This document shows, in pieces, positions 14,265 to 28,927 of a stretch of DNA of 64,000 nt. A model generated the notes under the pieces. The model searched no databases. It was not told the DNA's origin and saw only the letters and a list, made by a program, of their open reading frames with translations. The stretch's first letter is position 1. The number at the start of each line of letters is the position of its first letter. Both the position numbers and the translations under genes were made by a program. This DNA is from Octopus vulgaris (Eukaryota), in assembly GCA_951406725.2 (NCBI GenBank), contig OX597835.1, positions 41,540,001 through 41,604,000 of the forward strand, in the 5' to 3' direction.

Positions 14265-15141
14265 TATAGAAAACTGGTTTCAACCTGTGTATACGGGGTG
14301 AGTGAGGTGGGGCTGAATATAAACAAAATCTGAAAACAGAGATTTTGTTTAATTTTGTGGAGGGCAAGAAAGAAACAATGCCACGTGAGAAGAGTGTAAA
14401 AATAAAAATGCGGAGAAGCAGTAGAAAAGACTGTACACACATACTCACATACATACACATACATTCATAATATATATATATATATATTGGTGCAGGAGTG
14501 GCTGTGTGGTAAGTAGCTTGTTTACCAACCACATGGTTCCAGGTTCACCTTGGGCAAGTGTCTTCTACTATAGCCTCAGGCCAACCAAAGCCTTGTGAGT
14601 GGATTTGGTAGACGGAAACTGAAAAGAAGCCCGTCGTATATATGTATGTATATATGTATATATGTGTGTGTCTGTGTTTGTCCCCCTAGCATTGCTTCAC
14701 AACCGATGCTGGTGTGTTTATGTCCCCGTCACTTAGCGGTTTGGCAAAAGAGACTGATAGAATAAGTACTGGGCTTACAAAGAATAAGTCCCGGGGTTGA
14801 GTTGCTCGATTAAAGGCGGTGCTCCAGCATGGCCGCAGTGAAATGACTGAAACATGTAAAAGAGTATATATCTTTTATGTTTTTTTTTACTTTTTATTTT
14901 ACTTGCTACTGTCATTTGGATGTGGCCATGCTGGGGCACCTCCTTGAAGAGTTGTAGTCGAACAAATTGACCCCAGGATGTTTTTTTTTTAAACCTGCTG
15001 CTTAGTTATTCTAATGCTCTTTTGCCGAACTGCTAAGTTACAGGGATGTAAACACACCAACACTGGTAGTCAAGAGGCAGAATGTGGAGTGGGAGACAAA
15101 GAAAGACATAAAGACACACACATAGATATATACATAGGCAC

Positions 15142-15184
<43 letters not shown>

Positions 15185-15408
15185 AAATAAGAAAATGGAG
15201 GAATAGATTCCTTTCAATCATCAACTACCAGATAATACCAATTCATATAATTTATTAACTAATTAGTTAGATTAAATAGGAACATCCAAATCCAACAGAA
15301 TAAGACAGAATAAAACAATATACATCAATAAGTAAGATAATACCATAAAAATAACATATATAAAATGGATCTTACAGCTGTTTCAGCCTGTAGATAAGAG
15401 TATCTCAT

Positions 15409-15649
<241 letters not shown>

Positions 15650-15678
15650 TAAATTAATTATATTCCACCCTTTATTGC

Positions 15679-15719
<41 letters not shown>

Positions 15720-15722
15720 ATG

Positions 15723-15768
<46 letters not shown>

Positions 15769-16271
15769 AATATACACATACAATGGGCTTCTTTCAGTTT
15801 TCATCAGTAGCATTCCACCTATAGAGCAGGCTACAGTAAGGTAGCCACACAATTTTGTAACAGTGTTATTTCTATGTACAGGATAATACGGTACCTTGAC
15901 CGGCAAATATTGCCCTGTTGTTCATGAAATACTAGGGTCAACTTTTATATAGGATCTATGGAAAATACCCAAGACTTTGGTCAAAGATAGGGGGTCGACT
16001 TTTACTCGAGATCGATTATTACTTGAGTATATAAAATTGAATTTTTTCAAAATTATATACTCTTTTACTCTTTTACTTGTTTCAGTCATTTGACCACGGC
16101 CATGCTGGAGCACAGCCTTTAGTCAAGCAAATCGACTCTGGGACTTTTTCTTTGTAAGCCCAGTACTTATTCTATCGGTCTCTTTTACCGAACCGCTAAC
16201 TTACGGGGGACGTAAGCACACCAGCATCGGTTGTCAAGCACAAACATATACACACAAACATATACACACCC

Positions 16272-16302
<31 letters not shown>

Positions 16303-16503
16303 GATATAGATATATATATAGATATATATATATACATATATATGATGGGCTTCCTTCAGTTTCTGTCTACCAAATCCACTCACAAGGCTTTGGTCGGCCT
16401 GAGGCTATAGTAGAAGACACTTGCCCAAGGTGCCACGCAATAGCACTGAACCCAGAACCATGTGGTTGCTAAGCAAGCTACTTACCACACAGCCACTCCT
16501 GCG

Positions 16504-16568
<65 letters not shown>

Positions 16569-17126
16569 GAAAAATTCAATCATCTTCAAGTGCGACTTAC
16601 ATTGATGGAGCACCTACATTGCTAGAAATAGGAGTTAAAATACTTTTAATACTGTAGGAAGAGCTCATAGAGTATACAAACATACTGACATGTGTGTATA
16701 CTTTATGCACTCTTCCTACAGCATTAAGAGTATTTTAACTCTTATTTCTAGCAATGTAGGTGTTCTGGCATCCTAAATCACACTTAGTGAGAATTTAATT
16801 TTTCCTTTATGGTATCACACTGTGCCAGGCTGTTTATATTGATTTTTAGTATGTATGTATGTGCATGTGTGTGTGGGTGTATGCATCCCTGCATTTATGT
16901 GTGTGTATCTTGAGCAAAACACTTCATTTCATGCCATGTTAATCCAGTCTACTCAGCAGACAAAAATAAGTGTTCCTGCAATGGATTGCCATCCCATCCA
17001 GTGGGAATATATTCACCACAAGACCTGGAAAACAGGATCTTTACTCTTTTTATCCGGGTATATATAATATGTAACTATGTATCTATGTATATGCGTTATT
17101 TGCATGTGTGTATGTATGTATGTATG

Positions 17127-17172
<46 letters not shown>

Positions 17173-17395
17173 GCATGTGTACCGTTGGCGATTGTTTTTC
17201 CTCCGTCTTTCCTTCTTTGGATCTTTATTTTTCCTATGTTTCTGACGAAGAGCTCCGCTCGAAAAGTTAAAACCCTCCTTCTTTCCTTCTTTCCTGAGCA
17301 TCCAATAATACCATACTTGTTCCACGTCCTCACGTTGTTGTGTTTTCTCTTTGTGTTTTCATGTTTGGATAAACTATATATATATATATATATAT

Positions 17396-18646
17396 GATAA
17401 GCCCCTGTACCTGGCTTTTGTTGACATGGAGAAAGCCTTCGACAGGGTCCCCCGATCCCTTATCTGGTGGGCAATGAGAAAACTAGGGATAGATGAATGG
17501 TTAGTGAGAGCTGTGCGGGCCATGTATAGGGACGCCGCTAGTAGGGTGAGGGTTGGAAATGAGTACAGTGAAGAATTCCGGGTAGAGGTAGGGGTCCACC
17601 AAGGCTCAGTACTCAGCCCCCTCCTATTTATCATAGTCCTCCAGGCAATAACGGAGGAATTCAAGACAGGATGCCCTTGGGAGCTCCTCTATGCTGATGA
17701 CCTTGCTCTAATTGCTGAGTCGCTATCAGAACTGGAGGAGAAGTTTCAGGTGTGGAAACAAGGATTAGAATCGAAGGGCCTCAGAGTCAATCTAGCTAAA
17801 ACCAAAGTCGTAATCAGTAGGAAGGTAGACAAATCACAAACACCTTCAGGTAGATGGCCCTGCTCGATCTGTAGAAAAGGTGTAGGTAGAAACTCTATAA
17901 GGTGCACCAAGTGTAAGCTATGGACACATAAGAGATGCAGCAATGTCAAAGGAAGGCTAACTAGGAAGATGGTTTTTGTATGTGGCAGATGCTCAGGAAC
18001 AATAAACACTGAAAATGCTCTGAGACCAACTTCCGTCACTTTCCAGGGAGAAAAACTAGAAATAGTTGATAGTTTCCGTTACCTAGGTGACCAAGTCAGC
18101 AGTGGGGGCGGGTGTGCTGAAAGTGTAACTGCTAGAGTAAGAATAGCTTGGGCAAAGTTCAGAGAGCTCTTACCTCTGCTGGTGACAAAAGGCCTCTCGC
18201 ACAGAGTGAAAGGCAGACTGTATGATGCGTGTGTACGAACAGCCATGCTACATGGCAGTGAAACATGGGCCGTGACTGCTGAGGATATGCGTAAGCTCGC
18301 TAGAAATGAAGCCAGTATGCTCCGATGGATGTGTAATGCCGGTACTCACACTCGGCAGAGTGTAAGTACCTTGAGAGAAAAGCTGGACCTAAGAAGCATC
18401 AGTTGTGGTGTGCAAGAGAGACGTTTGCGCTGGTATGGTCATGTGGCTAGAATGGATGAAGATAGTTGTGTGAAAAAGTGCCACACCCTAGCGGTTGAGG
18501 GAACCTGTGGAAGAGGCAGACCCAGGAAAACCTGGGACGAGGTGGTGAAGCACGACCTTCGAACTTTAGGTCTCACTGAGGAAATGACTAGAGACCGAGA
18601 CCTCTGGAAGTGTGCTGTGCGCGAGAAGACCCGGCAGGACAAGTGA
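17396..18646 (+). CDS. RTE-clade LINE reverse transcriptase, 5'-truncated, with internal PHD-like Cys/His finger
   Basis: Uninterrupted ORF with AFVDMEKAFD, GVHQGSVLSP, LLYADDL, FRYLG and RLRWYGHVARM...GRGRPRKTW. Confidence 0.95.
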   Translation, partial: DKPLYLAFVDMEKAFDRVPRSLIWWAMRKLGIDEWLVRAVRAMYRDAASRVRVGNEYSEEFRVEVGVHQGSVLSPLLFIIVLQAITEEFKTGCPWELLYADDLALIAESLSELEEKFQVWKQGLESKGLRVNLAKTKVVISRKVDKSQTPSGRWPCSICRKGVGRNSIRCTKCKLWTHKRCSNVKGRLTRKMVFVCGRCSGTINTENALRPTSVTFQGEKLEIVDSFRYLGDQVSSGGGCAESVTARVRIAWAKFRELLPLLVTKGLSHRVKGRLYDACVRTAMLHGSETWAVTAEDMRKLARNEASMLRWMCNAGTHTRQSVSTLREKLDLRSISCGVQERRLRWYGHVARMDEDSCVKKCHTLAVEGTCGRGRPRKTWDEVVKHDLRTLGLTEEMTRDRDLWKCAVREKTRQDK

Positions 18647-19250
18647 GTCCACAACCCGTGGCCTTCTACATGGGATGGAGCCAGCCTACGTATGCATACC
18701 TTCCCTTCTTGGGACACAAAACTCTACTTGTGAAGACGTGTTGAGGCAAGTGAGGATCAGAATCGAAATCGATCAATGGAAATTGCGGATGTGCTACCAG
18801 TGCCGGTGGCATGTCGAAACTCTGCTTGTGAAGACCCATTGAGGCAAGTGAGGATCAGAATCGAAATCGATCAATGGAAATTGCAGATGTGTTACCAGTG
18901 CCGGTGGCATGTAAGAGAACTTTCCGTTTCGCGACCATTGCCAGCACCGCCCCGTTTCGTGTCCGTTGCCAGCCTCGCCTGGCCCTCGTGCCGGTGGCAC
19001 ATAAAAAGCACCATCCGTTCGTGGCCGTTTGCCAGCTCTGTCTGGCACCAGTGCGGGTGGCACGTAAAAAGCACCCACTACACTCACGGAGTGGTTGGCG
19101 TTAGGAAGGGCATCCAGCCGTAGAAACACTGCCAGATTTGACTGGGCCTGATGAAGCCTTCTGGCTTCACAGACCCCAGTAGAACCGTCCAACCCATGCT
19201 AGCATGGAAAACGGACGCTAAATGATGATGATGATGATGATGATGATGAT
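17396..19250 (+). mobile_element. 5'-truncated RTE LINE (ORF end, repeat-containing 3' UTR, (GAT)n tail)
   Basis: Begins abruptly after (TA)n. About 570-bp 3' UTR with internal repeats, ending cggacgctaaa(tga)n. Confidence 0.9.
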
Positions 19251-19597
19251 ATATATTACGGAGATGTACTTGCATAGCAAGTGATTTGATCTGAGATCAT
19301 GGGCTGGAACGAAGACAATTGCAGCGTGGAAGGTGTTTGTAAGCCATTTAAGAAACACACAAAAGCCGTTTGATTCACTTCAACATTTAAGTTTAATTTG
19401 TCAAAATATTTTCGTTGCTTTAAGACCGGATTTTTATCAGTGAACAGATCGCTGTCTTATAGCGACGAAAATATTTTGACAAATTAAACTTAAATGTTGA
19501 AGTGAATCGAACGGCTTTTGTGTGTTTCTTAAATGGCTTACAAACACCTTCCATGCTGCAATTATATATATATATATATATAATCTTTCTATTTCAC

Positions 19598-19649
<52 letters not shown>

Positions 19650-20108
19650 CATACATACATACATACACATATATATATGTATGTAATCAAAATAAGCAAC
19701 AAGTATATCCAGAGGTAATGCAGTACAATCGTTTCATGCAACTCCATTTAATTGAACAATGCAATCATTTCATCAATTTAAATGCAGAGCAATCCTCAGC
19801 TGCACAAAGACATAGAATTTAATTAAATCAAAACAGCTGGACACATTTGTATAATTATACCTAAAATCTCCAAGAAGTTAAAGAGATAGACAAAGAACAT
19901 GCTGCCTTCACAGCCGAGGATTGCTCTGCATTTAAATTGATGAAATGATTGCATTGTTAAATTAAATGCAGTTGCATGAAACGATTGTACTGCATTACCT
20001 CTAGATATCCTTGTTGCTTATTTTGATTTTAATCACCTTACATTGAAATTGTATGGATAATACCGTACTAAATTCTGGTTCCTCAACTTAAGTAGCATAT
20101 TCATCACA

Positions 20109-20192
<84 letters not shown>

Positions 20193-20608
20193 ACACATAC
20201 ATAGGCACAGGAATAGCTGTGCGATAAGTAGCTTGCTTACCAACCACATGGTTCCAGGTTCAGTCCCACTGCATGGCACCTTGGGCAAATGTCTTCTACT
20301 ATAGCCTTGGGCCGACCAAAGCCTTGTGAGTGGATCTGGAAGATGGAAACTGAAAGAAGCCCATCGTATATATGTATATATATACGTACGTGTATATGTT
20401 TGTGTGTCTGTGTTTGTCCCCCTCCGACATCACTTGACAACCGATGGTGGTGTGTTTACGTCCCCACAACTTAGAGGTTCAGCAAAAGAGACCGATAGGA
20501 TAAGTACTAGGCTTACAAAGAATACGTCCTGGGGTCGATTTGCTCAACTAAAGGTGGTGCTCCAAATGACTGAAACAAGTAAAAGAGTAAAAGAGCATAT
20601 ATATATAT

Positions 20609-20955
<347 letters not shown>

Positions 20956-21024
20956 TTATTTACTACCCACAAGGGGCTAAACACAGAGGGTACAAACAAG
21001 GACAGACATATATATTTATATATA

Positions 21025-21093
<69 letters not shown>

Positions 21094-21150
21094 GTAACTC
21101 TATATCAATCTCTCTGCCTCCTTTTATATATATTTATATATATATATATT

Positions 21151-21188
<38 letters not shown>

Positions 21189-21315
21189 TATATCTGTAAC
21201 TCTATATCAATCTCTCTGCCTCCTTCTACACACACATACACACTCAAACGCAAAACTGGTGAGACTTCATTATGATGCAATATATTGAGTAATATCAACA
21301 TAATTATGAATATGT

Positions 21316-21361
<46 letters not shown>

Positions 21362-22605
21362 GAGTGAGGGAAGGAAGAAAGAAAGAAACAAAGTGGGGAG
21401 GGAAGAAAGGAAAAAGAACGAATGGGAAAATATAGAAATATAAATGCAATAATCAAAGAGAGGGAGGAGTAAAAGAATGGGGGGAGGGAGAAAGGAAGAG
21501 AGGGAAGGGGAGGAGGAGACAGAGGGAGAAAGAAAATAAAAAAAAAAAAACAGAAAAAGAAAATGGGTGAAGATTTCTGCAGAAATTGAAAATGAAGTCT
21601 TTCTAGGAATAAAACGGGGGTTGGTTGGGGGGAGGGACGTGCGTAGAGTATGTAGCGCATGTGCATGAATGTATACGTACTCATGTATGTAAGTATATAT
21701 ATATGTATGCATGTATATGTGTTTATAAATATATATATATATATATACGCACACATGCAAACATATATAAACACACATACACACATATGCATACATATAT
21801 ATGTGTGTGCGTGTCATACTTATGTAAGTATATAATACATATATGTATGCATGTATATTTGCTTATGTATACATAGGCGTAGGAGTGGCTGTGTGGTAAG
21901 TAGCTTGCTTACGAACCACATGGTTCTGGGTTCAGTCCCATTGCATGGCACCTTGGGCAAGTGTCTTCTACTATAGCCTCGGGCCGACCAAAGCCTTGTG
22001 AGTGGATTTGGTAGATGGAAACTGAAAGAAGCCCATCGTATATATGTATATATATATATATGTATGTACGTGTGTGTATATGTTTGTGTGTCTGTGTTTG
22101 TCCCTTCAACATAGCTTGACAACCGATGCTGGTGTGTGTACGTCCCCGTAACTTAGCAGTTTGGCCAAAGAGACTGATAGAACAAGTACTAGGCTTACAA
22201 AGGATAAGTCCTGGAGTCGATTTGCTTGCTCGACTAAAGGCAGTGCTCCAGCATGGCCACAGTCAAATGACTGAAACAAGCAAAAGAGTAATAGAGTAAT
22301 ATACACATACATAAATGTATACATACATATACATGTATGCATACATGCATATATATATATATATATATATACATACATGCACATACACACGTGTGTGCAT
22401 GTGCATGTATATATATATGTGTATGTTTCTTTGTGGATATGTTGTATGTGTGCATTTGGATTTCCCCAGAACATTTGTATATATATCGTTTATCTTTTTA
22501 CTCGTTTCAGTCATTATGCATATATATATATATATATATGTATATGTATATATATATATGTATATACATATATATATATACATATATATATATAGATATA
22601 GATAT

Positions 22606-22672
<67 letters not shown>

Positions 22673-22697
22673 CATATATATATATATATACATATAC

Positions 22698-22833
<136 letters not shown>

Positions 22834-23179
22834 TCATCATCATCGTTAAACGACGATAATGATGATGATATATATATATATATATATATCGATAGAAGAT
22901 AGATAGATAGATAGATAGACGGACAGACAGGCAAACAGATAGATAGAGAGATAGATAGATAGATGGCTGGCTGAATGGATAGATAGGTATATACATACAT
23001 ATAAACATGCGTGCGCACGCGCGCGCACACACACACACACATACACACACACACACTATACTCCACACACAACACTTCCCCTGACTCTAATTTCCTAGAA
23101 AAATATAATATTCTGATTCTGCTTAATTCAGTTGTTTTTATTGCTGTGTGTGTGTGAGTGCATGTGTGTGCATACAGAC

Positions 23180-23500
23180 TACACACACACATGTGCACAA
23201 ACACACACACACACACACACACACACATATGCACAAACACAGACACACACACACACATATGCACACACACACACACACACATGCACACACACACACACAC
23301 ATGCACATGCACACACACACACACACACATATGCACAAACACAGACAGACACACACACACATATGCACAAACACAGACACACACACACACACACATATGC
23401 ACAAACACACACACACACACATATGCACAAACACAGACTACACACACACACACACATATGCACAAACACAGACACACACACATATGCACAAACACACACA
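23180..23500. repeat. Complex (CA)n minisatellite
   Basis: Repeated atatgcacaaacacagacacacac units. Confidence 0.9.
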
Positions 23501-24345
23501 CACACTCACACTCTCATACATGCACACGCTCTCATACACACACATATTATCTAAAACAGCTTGATTTGGTCTGCTTACCCCAGGCCCCTGACAGAGCTTC
23601 ATTCCTTCACGCTTCAGTTCACACACTCATACATATGTATACTCTTTTACTCTTTTACTCTTTTAATTGTTTCAGTCATTTGACTGCAGCCATGCTGGAG
23701 CACCGCCTTTAGTCGAGCAACTCGACCCCGGGACTTATTCTTTGTAAGCCCAGTACTTATTCTCTCGGTCTCTTTTTGCCGAACTGCTAAGTGACGGGGA
23801 CATAAACACACCAGCATCGGTTGTCAAGCAATGCTAGGGGGACAGACACAGACACACATATACATATATACAACGGGCTTCTTTCAGTTTCCGTCTACCA
23901 AATCCACTCACAAGGCTCTGGTCGGCCCGAGGCTATAGTAGAAGACACTTGCCCAAGGTGCCACGCAGTGGGACTGAACCCGGAACCATGTGGTTGGTAG
24001 GCAAGCTACTTACCACACAGCCACTCCTGTTCCTATGTATATATATAAAATTATATGAATATATATCTATTCATATACTGATATATATATATATATATAT
24101 ATATATGCATTGAGTCGAAACAGGGGCAGCTGATGAAGGGGAATATTCCTTGTATTGTTTGTCCTGTACTCTGTTTTTTGTTATTAAAAAAAAGTCTGTT
24201 TCCCTTTTTGATTTTATGTTTTCGTTTCTCGTTGTGTTCTACATTTATTTGTGGTGTCCTGTACTCATATATGCATGTATATATACATATAGATGTAGGT
24301 ATGTACATATATGTACGTATGCATATGTTTTATTTATTAAATTGT

Positions 24346-24389
<44 letters not shown>

Positions 24390-25072
24390 TTATATATATA
24401 TATATTTAGGGAAAATTAAAAAATGAGATAAACACTCAGGATGTTAAAACTGTGTTAATAACATCCTGAGCATTTGTCCCCTTTTTCAATTTTTCCTATT
24501 TCCTCCTAAATACTACTTACTTATCCTGGAATCAAATGACAAGTGTGATCATTGTTTCGTAGGACACTTAAACAACATTTATCTACCTTGTAATTATTCC
24601 CCTGAATCTTTCCTACAAATTGTATACTCAAACATATATATATATATATATATATATATACTCTTTTACTCTTTTACTTGTTTCAGTTATTTGACTGCAG
24701 CCATGCTGGAGCACTGCCTCTAGTCGAGCAAATCGACCTCGGGACTTATTCTTTGTAAGCCCAGTACTTTTCTATCGGTCTCTTTTGCCGACCCGATAAG
24801 TGACGGGGACGTAAACACACCAGCATCGGTTGTCAAGCAATGCTAGGGGGACAAACACAGACACACAAACATATACACACACACATACAAATGTATATGC
24901 ATACATATATACGACAGGCTTCTTTCAGCTTCCGTCTACCAAATCCACTCACAAGGCATTGGTCGGCCCGGGGCTATAGCAGAAGACACTTGCCCAAGAT
25001 TCCACGCAGTAGGACTGAACCCGGAACCATATTTATACACATATAAATGTATACTTATACATACATACATAC

Positions 25073-25640
25073 ATATGAGGGGATACCTCAAAGAAACGAG
25101 AATTTTGTAATATTATTTTATTCACTTAGTTTTACATCATCATCATCATCATTTAATGTCCGCTTTCCATGCTGTCATGGGTTGGACGATTTTGACAGAG
25201 GACTGGCGAACCAGATGGCTGCACCAGGCTCCAATCTGATCTGGCAGAGTTTCTACAACTGGATGCTCTTCCTAACGCCAACATGTTTACACTTTTATCG
25301 CCTTCAAAGTATTCTCCATTTGAAGCAAAGCAGCAATCCAGATGCGTTTTCCACTGTTTGATGCAGTCCTAGATCTCTTGTGAAATGATGCTTTTAACAC
25401 TTCCATCGTTTTTTTCTTACCTCTTCCACGTCTGCAAAACGTTTTCTTTTAGGGATTTTTTTCATTCGGGGGAACAGAAATAAGTCTCAAAGTCAAACAG
25501 GGAGGGTAGGGAAGTGGGATCATGCCATTTTTGATGCAAACTGTCTCACACTCGAGGCAGTGTGAGTAAGTATGTTGTTATGATGAAACCACTGCTCTCT
25601 ATTTTGCCATTGTTTCACCGTGTCTTGCAAACACTTATCA
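25073..25640 (-). mobile_element. mariner 3' fragment interrupted by an RTE tail (25137-25282)
   Basis: Minus-strand KRFADVEEV...WKTHLDCCFASNGEYFEGDK. TIR-like tatgaggggatacctcaaagaaacgagaat at ~25073. Confidence 0.6.
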
Positions 25641-25874
25641 CACAGCCACTCCATATCTCTCTCTTTTCTCTTTTACTTGTTTCAGTCATTTGACTGCGGC
25701 CATGCTGGAGCACCGCCTTTAGTCGAGCAAATCGACCCTGGGACTTATTCTTTGTAAGCCCAGTACTTATTCTATCGGTCTCTTTTGCTGAACCGCTAAG
25801 TGACGGGGACGTAAACACACCAGCATCGGTTGTCAAGCAATGCTAGAGGGACAAACACAGACACACAAACATAT

Positions 25875-25905
<31 letters not shown>

Positions 25906-26294
25906 CATATATACAACAGGCTTCTTTCAGTTTCTGTCTACCAAATCCACTCACAAGGCATTGGTCGGCCCGGGGCTACAGTAGAAGACACTTGCCCAAG
26001 ATGCCACGCAGTGGGACTGAACCTGGAACCATGTGGTTGGTAAGCAAGCTACTTACCACACAGCCACTCCTGCGCCATATATGCCCATTAAAAAAAAAAA
26101 TCAAATCTTAGAATTTCACAGTATTTAGATTAAACGTTATGGTAGGCTCTCACAATCTGGAAGAGAAGAACAGGATGCAACGGTTAGCTACGGGTGTTGA
26201 CTCCCTACTGAACATTTCGTATGCTCAGTCAGATGCTTCCCAGTGAGTTCATGTCCAAACAAGTAGGGGCAGGTTTTAACCAGGAGTATAAAAA

Positions 26295-26640
26295 ATAATG
26301 ATAATGAAATTATTGTATACAGTGCTCAGGTGCACCACAACTTGTCAAAAGTGCATATAAAGCATATGCAGTAATGTACAAATGCCTGGGAAGTGAACAA
26401 TGTATGAGTCAGATACATGCTTGTGTGTGTATGGAGGGGAGAAAATTAGGTGTAGTGTTGGCGAACCTTAGGAAGCATGGAAGTTTTGAAGGACGCAGTG
26501 CTCCGACAACTAACAACTGATGCCGGCAGTTTGTTCCATGCTTCAGCAACTCTCAGCGTGAAAAAATGTTTCCAAAAGTCATGGGAGCTGTGCTGTTTTC
26601 TGACTTTGTAAACATGTGTATGGGTGTTAGACGGGTGGAG
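26295..26640 (-). mobile_element. CR1/L2-like LINE 3' end
   Basis: Minus-strand LRVAEAWNKLPASVVSCRSTASFKTSML..., then UTR and (ATT)-like tail. Confidence 0.7.
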
Positions 26641-26904
26641 TTATATATGGGTAAGCTCTCACTCAGTGCTTCTCAACCATTTTTTTACCTATGTACCCCT
26701 TTGATGCCTATTTTACTCAGATGCATCCTCCTAGCCATTCAATGTTTAAAAATTCATATATTTTTATAATTTATATAATTATATTTTTATAATATAAGGA
26801 ATTGTATTTAAAATTTTTTTTTTATATTTTGTGTATTGTATAAGTATAACTAAATTATTGCAGATAAATTTCAACAATAAAATCCTATATGGATCCCCAA
26901 GGGC

Positions 26905-27222
26905 TACTGAAACCATGGGATTGCACCTAGAAAATTACCCTCCCAGGCACAAGTCCAGGCAAGATTGTTTATTGAAGACCAGCAGTCACCCATGCATACC
27001 AGCCTCCTCTCTCCATGCCACTGATGTTATCCAAGGGAAAGGCAAAGGGGCCGATACAGCTTGGCACCTGTGACGTCGCAACTCATTTCTACAGCTGAGT
27101 GAACTGGAGCAATGTGAAATAAAGTGTCTTGCTCAAGAACACAACACACAGCCCGGTCCGGGATTCAAACTCCCAACCTCACGATCGTAAGCTCAACACT
27201 CTAACCACTGAGCCATGTGACT
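26905..27222 (-). mobile_element. tRNA-derived CORE-type SINE, family D (others ~9140-9390(-), 39495-39785(+), 62780-62905(-))
   Basis: Head tggctcagtggttagag...gtttgaatccc, CORE gtgttcttgagcaagacactttatttcacattgctccagttcactcagctgta. Confidence 0.75.
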
Positions 27223-28803
27223 CCACTATAGAATCACTAATTCAGAATGATAAAAACTTGAAATAGAAAATACAACATGTAATAATCCCTTCTGTGGAGG
27301 CACATGGCCTAGTGGTTAGAGCAGCAGACTTACGGTCGAGGGATTGTGGGTTCGAATCTTAGACCGGGTGATGTGTGTTTTTATGAGCAAAACACCTAAG
27401 CTCCACATGGCTCTGGCAGAAGGTAATGGCGAACTTCTGCTGACTCTTTCGCCACAACTTTCTCTCACTTTTTCCTCCTGCATCTTGCAGTTCACCTGTG
27501 ACGGACCGGTGTCCCATCCAGGTGGGGAACCTATACGCCAAGGAAACCAGGAAAATGGCCCTTATGAGCCAGGCATGGCTCGAGAAGGAACAAACAAACA
27601 ACAAAACAATAAACCTTTCTAATATTGGCACAAGGCCTGAAATTTGGGGGGAGGAGATAAGTCGATTATATCAACCCCAGTACTCAACTGGTACTTAATT
27701 TATCAAGGTGGCAAGCTGGCAGAAACATTAGCATGCCGGGCAAAATGCGTAGACATATTTTGTCTGCCGTTACATTCTGAGTTCAAATTCCACCGAGGTC
27801 AACTTTGCCTTTCATCCTTTCGGGGTCGATAAATTAAGTTCCAGTTATGCACGGGGTTGATGTAATCGACTTAATCCATTTGTCTGTCCTTGTTTGTCCC
27901 CTCTATGTTTAGCCCCTTGTGGGTAATAAAGAAATAGGTATTTCGTCTGCCGTTATGCTCTGAGTTCAAATTCTGTCGAGGTCGACTTTGCCTCTCATCC
28001 TTTCAGGGTCGATAAATTAAGTACCAGTTACGCACTGGGGTTGATGTAATCGACTTAATCCGTTTGTCTGTCCTTGTTTGTCCTCTCTGTGTAGCCCCTT
28101 GTGGGTAGTAAAGAAACAGGTACTTAATTTATCAACCCCCGAAAGGATGAAAAACAACATTGACTCCAGTGGAATTTAAACTCAGAATGTTGAAGACATT
28201 TTGTCTGGCATGTTAATGAGTTTGCCAGCTCACTGCCCTGCAACATGTAGTAATAAGTAACATGTAGTAATAAGCTATTGGTTACTTTATAGTTACGAAG
28301 TGCACAGATGCAGAAACAGCCTATTTATAGATATGGATATATGAAGGTGGCATTTTAGTTAGAGTCTAGCTGAGTGATGCTTATATTTAGTGGGGACGTT
28401 GTGTGGTGATGTTTCCTTGATATGAGTATCACTTGAGAGTTTATTTTCTTTTAAAAGAGAGACAAGGTTGGCAAGGCTTCCTGTGGAGGATTTCTCAACC
28501 TCTCTCCATTCATGCAATCAGTGCAGGTTTGACATTTGGCGTTTGGGTTGTAGGCAGATGATGCATGATTAAGGAACATTGGGGAAAAATGAAGAGTCCT
28601 GACTGAAAAATGACTGAAAAATGAAGAGTGTGTATCGTTGATATGGATGTAAGTAAGTCATTTCTATAATTAAAGCAATGGCATTAGTGGGTCTTAATTC
28701 ACAGCTGCTCTTGTTGCTAATTACTGAAATTAATTATTTAATTTTGATATGAATTTTTTTTGTTGAAAATTTTAATGTATGTCCATCTGTCTGTCCACCC
28801 ATC

Positions 28804-28869
<66 letters not shown>

Positions 28870-28927
28870 CCATGGAGATACTTAAACCCCTTATTGGGAT
28901 AGTTTTATCCAACATACCCTGGTTTAA

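Noticed and set aside
18960-19070. HDV-like ribozyme in the GCCAG..CTGGC..GCCGGTGGCAC module
   Set aside because: Superficial similarity only. P3 is not directly followed by a P1 strand and no P2/P4 was found; two simple hairpins explain it.
23057-23094. Micro-exon candidate (tttttctag|gaaattagag...) and similar acceptors near 21587 and 26157
   Set aside because: No convincing donor or phase support.
24112-24152. Hammerhead from GAAAC...CTGATGA
   Set aside because: Core halves are in the wrong order for type I, with no NUH or stems for type II. It belongs to a dispersed repeat (also ~50125-50335, ~6335-6400).
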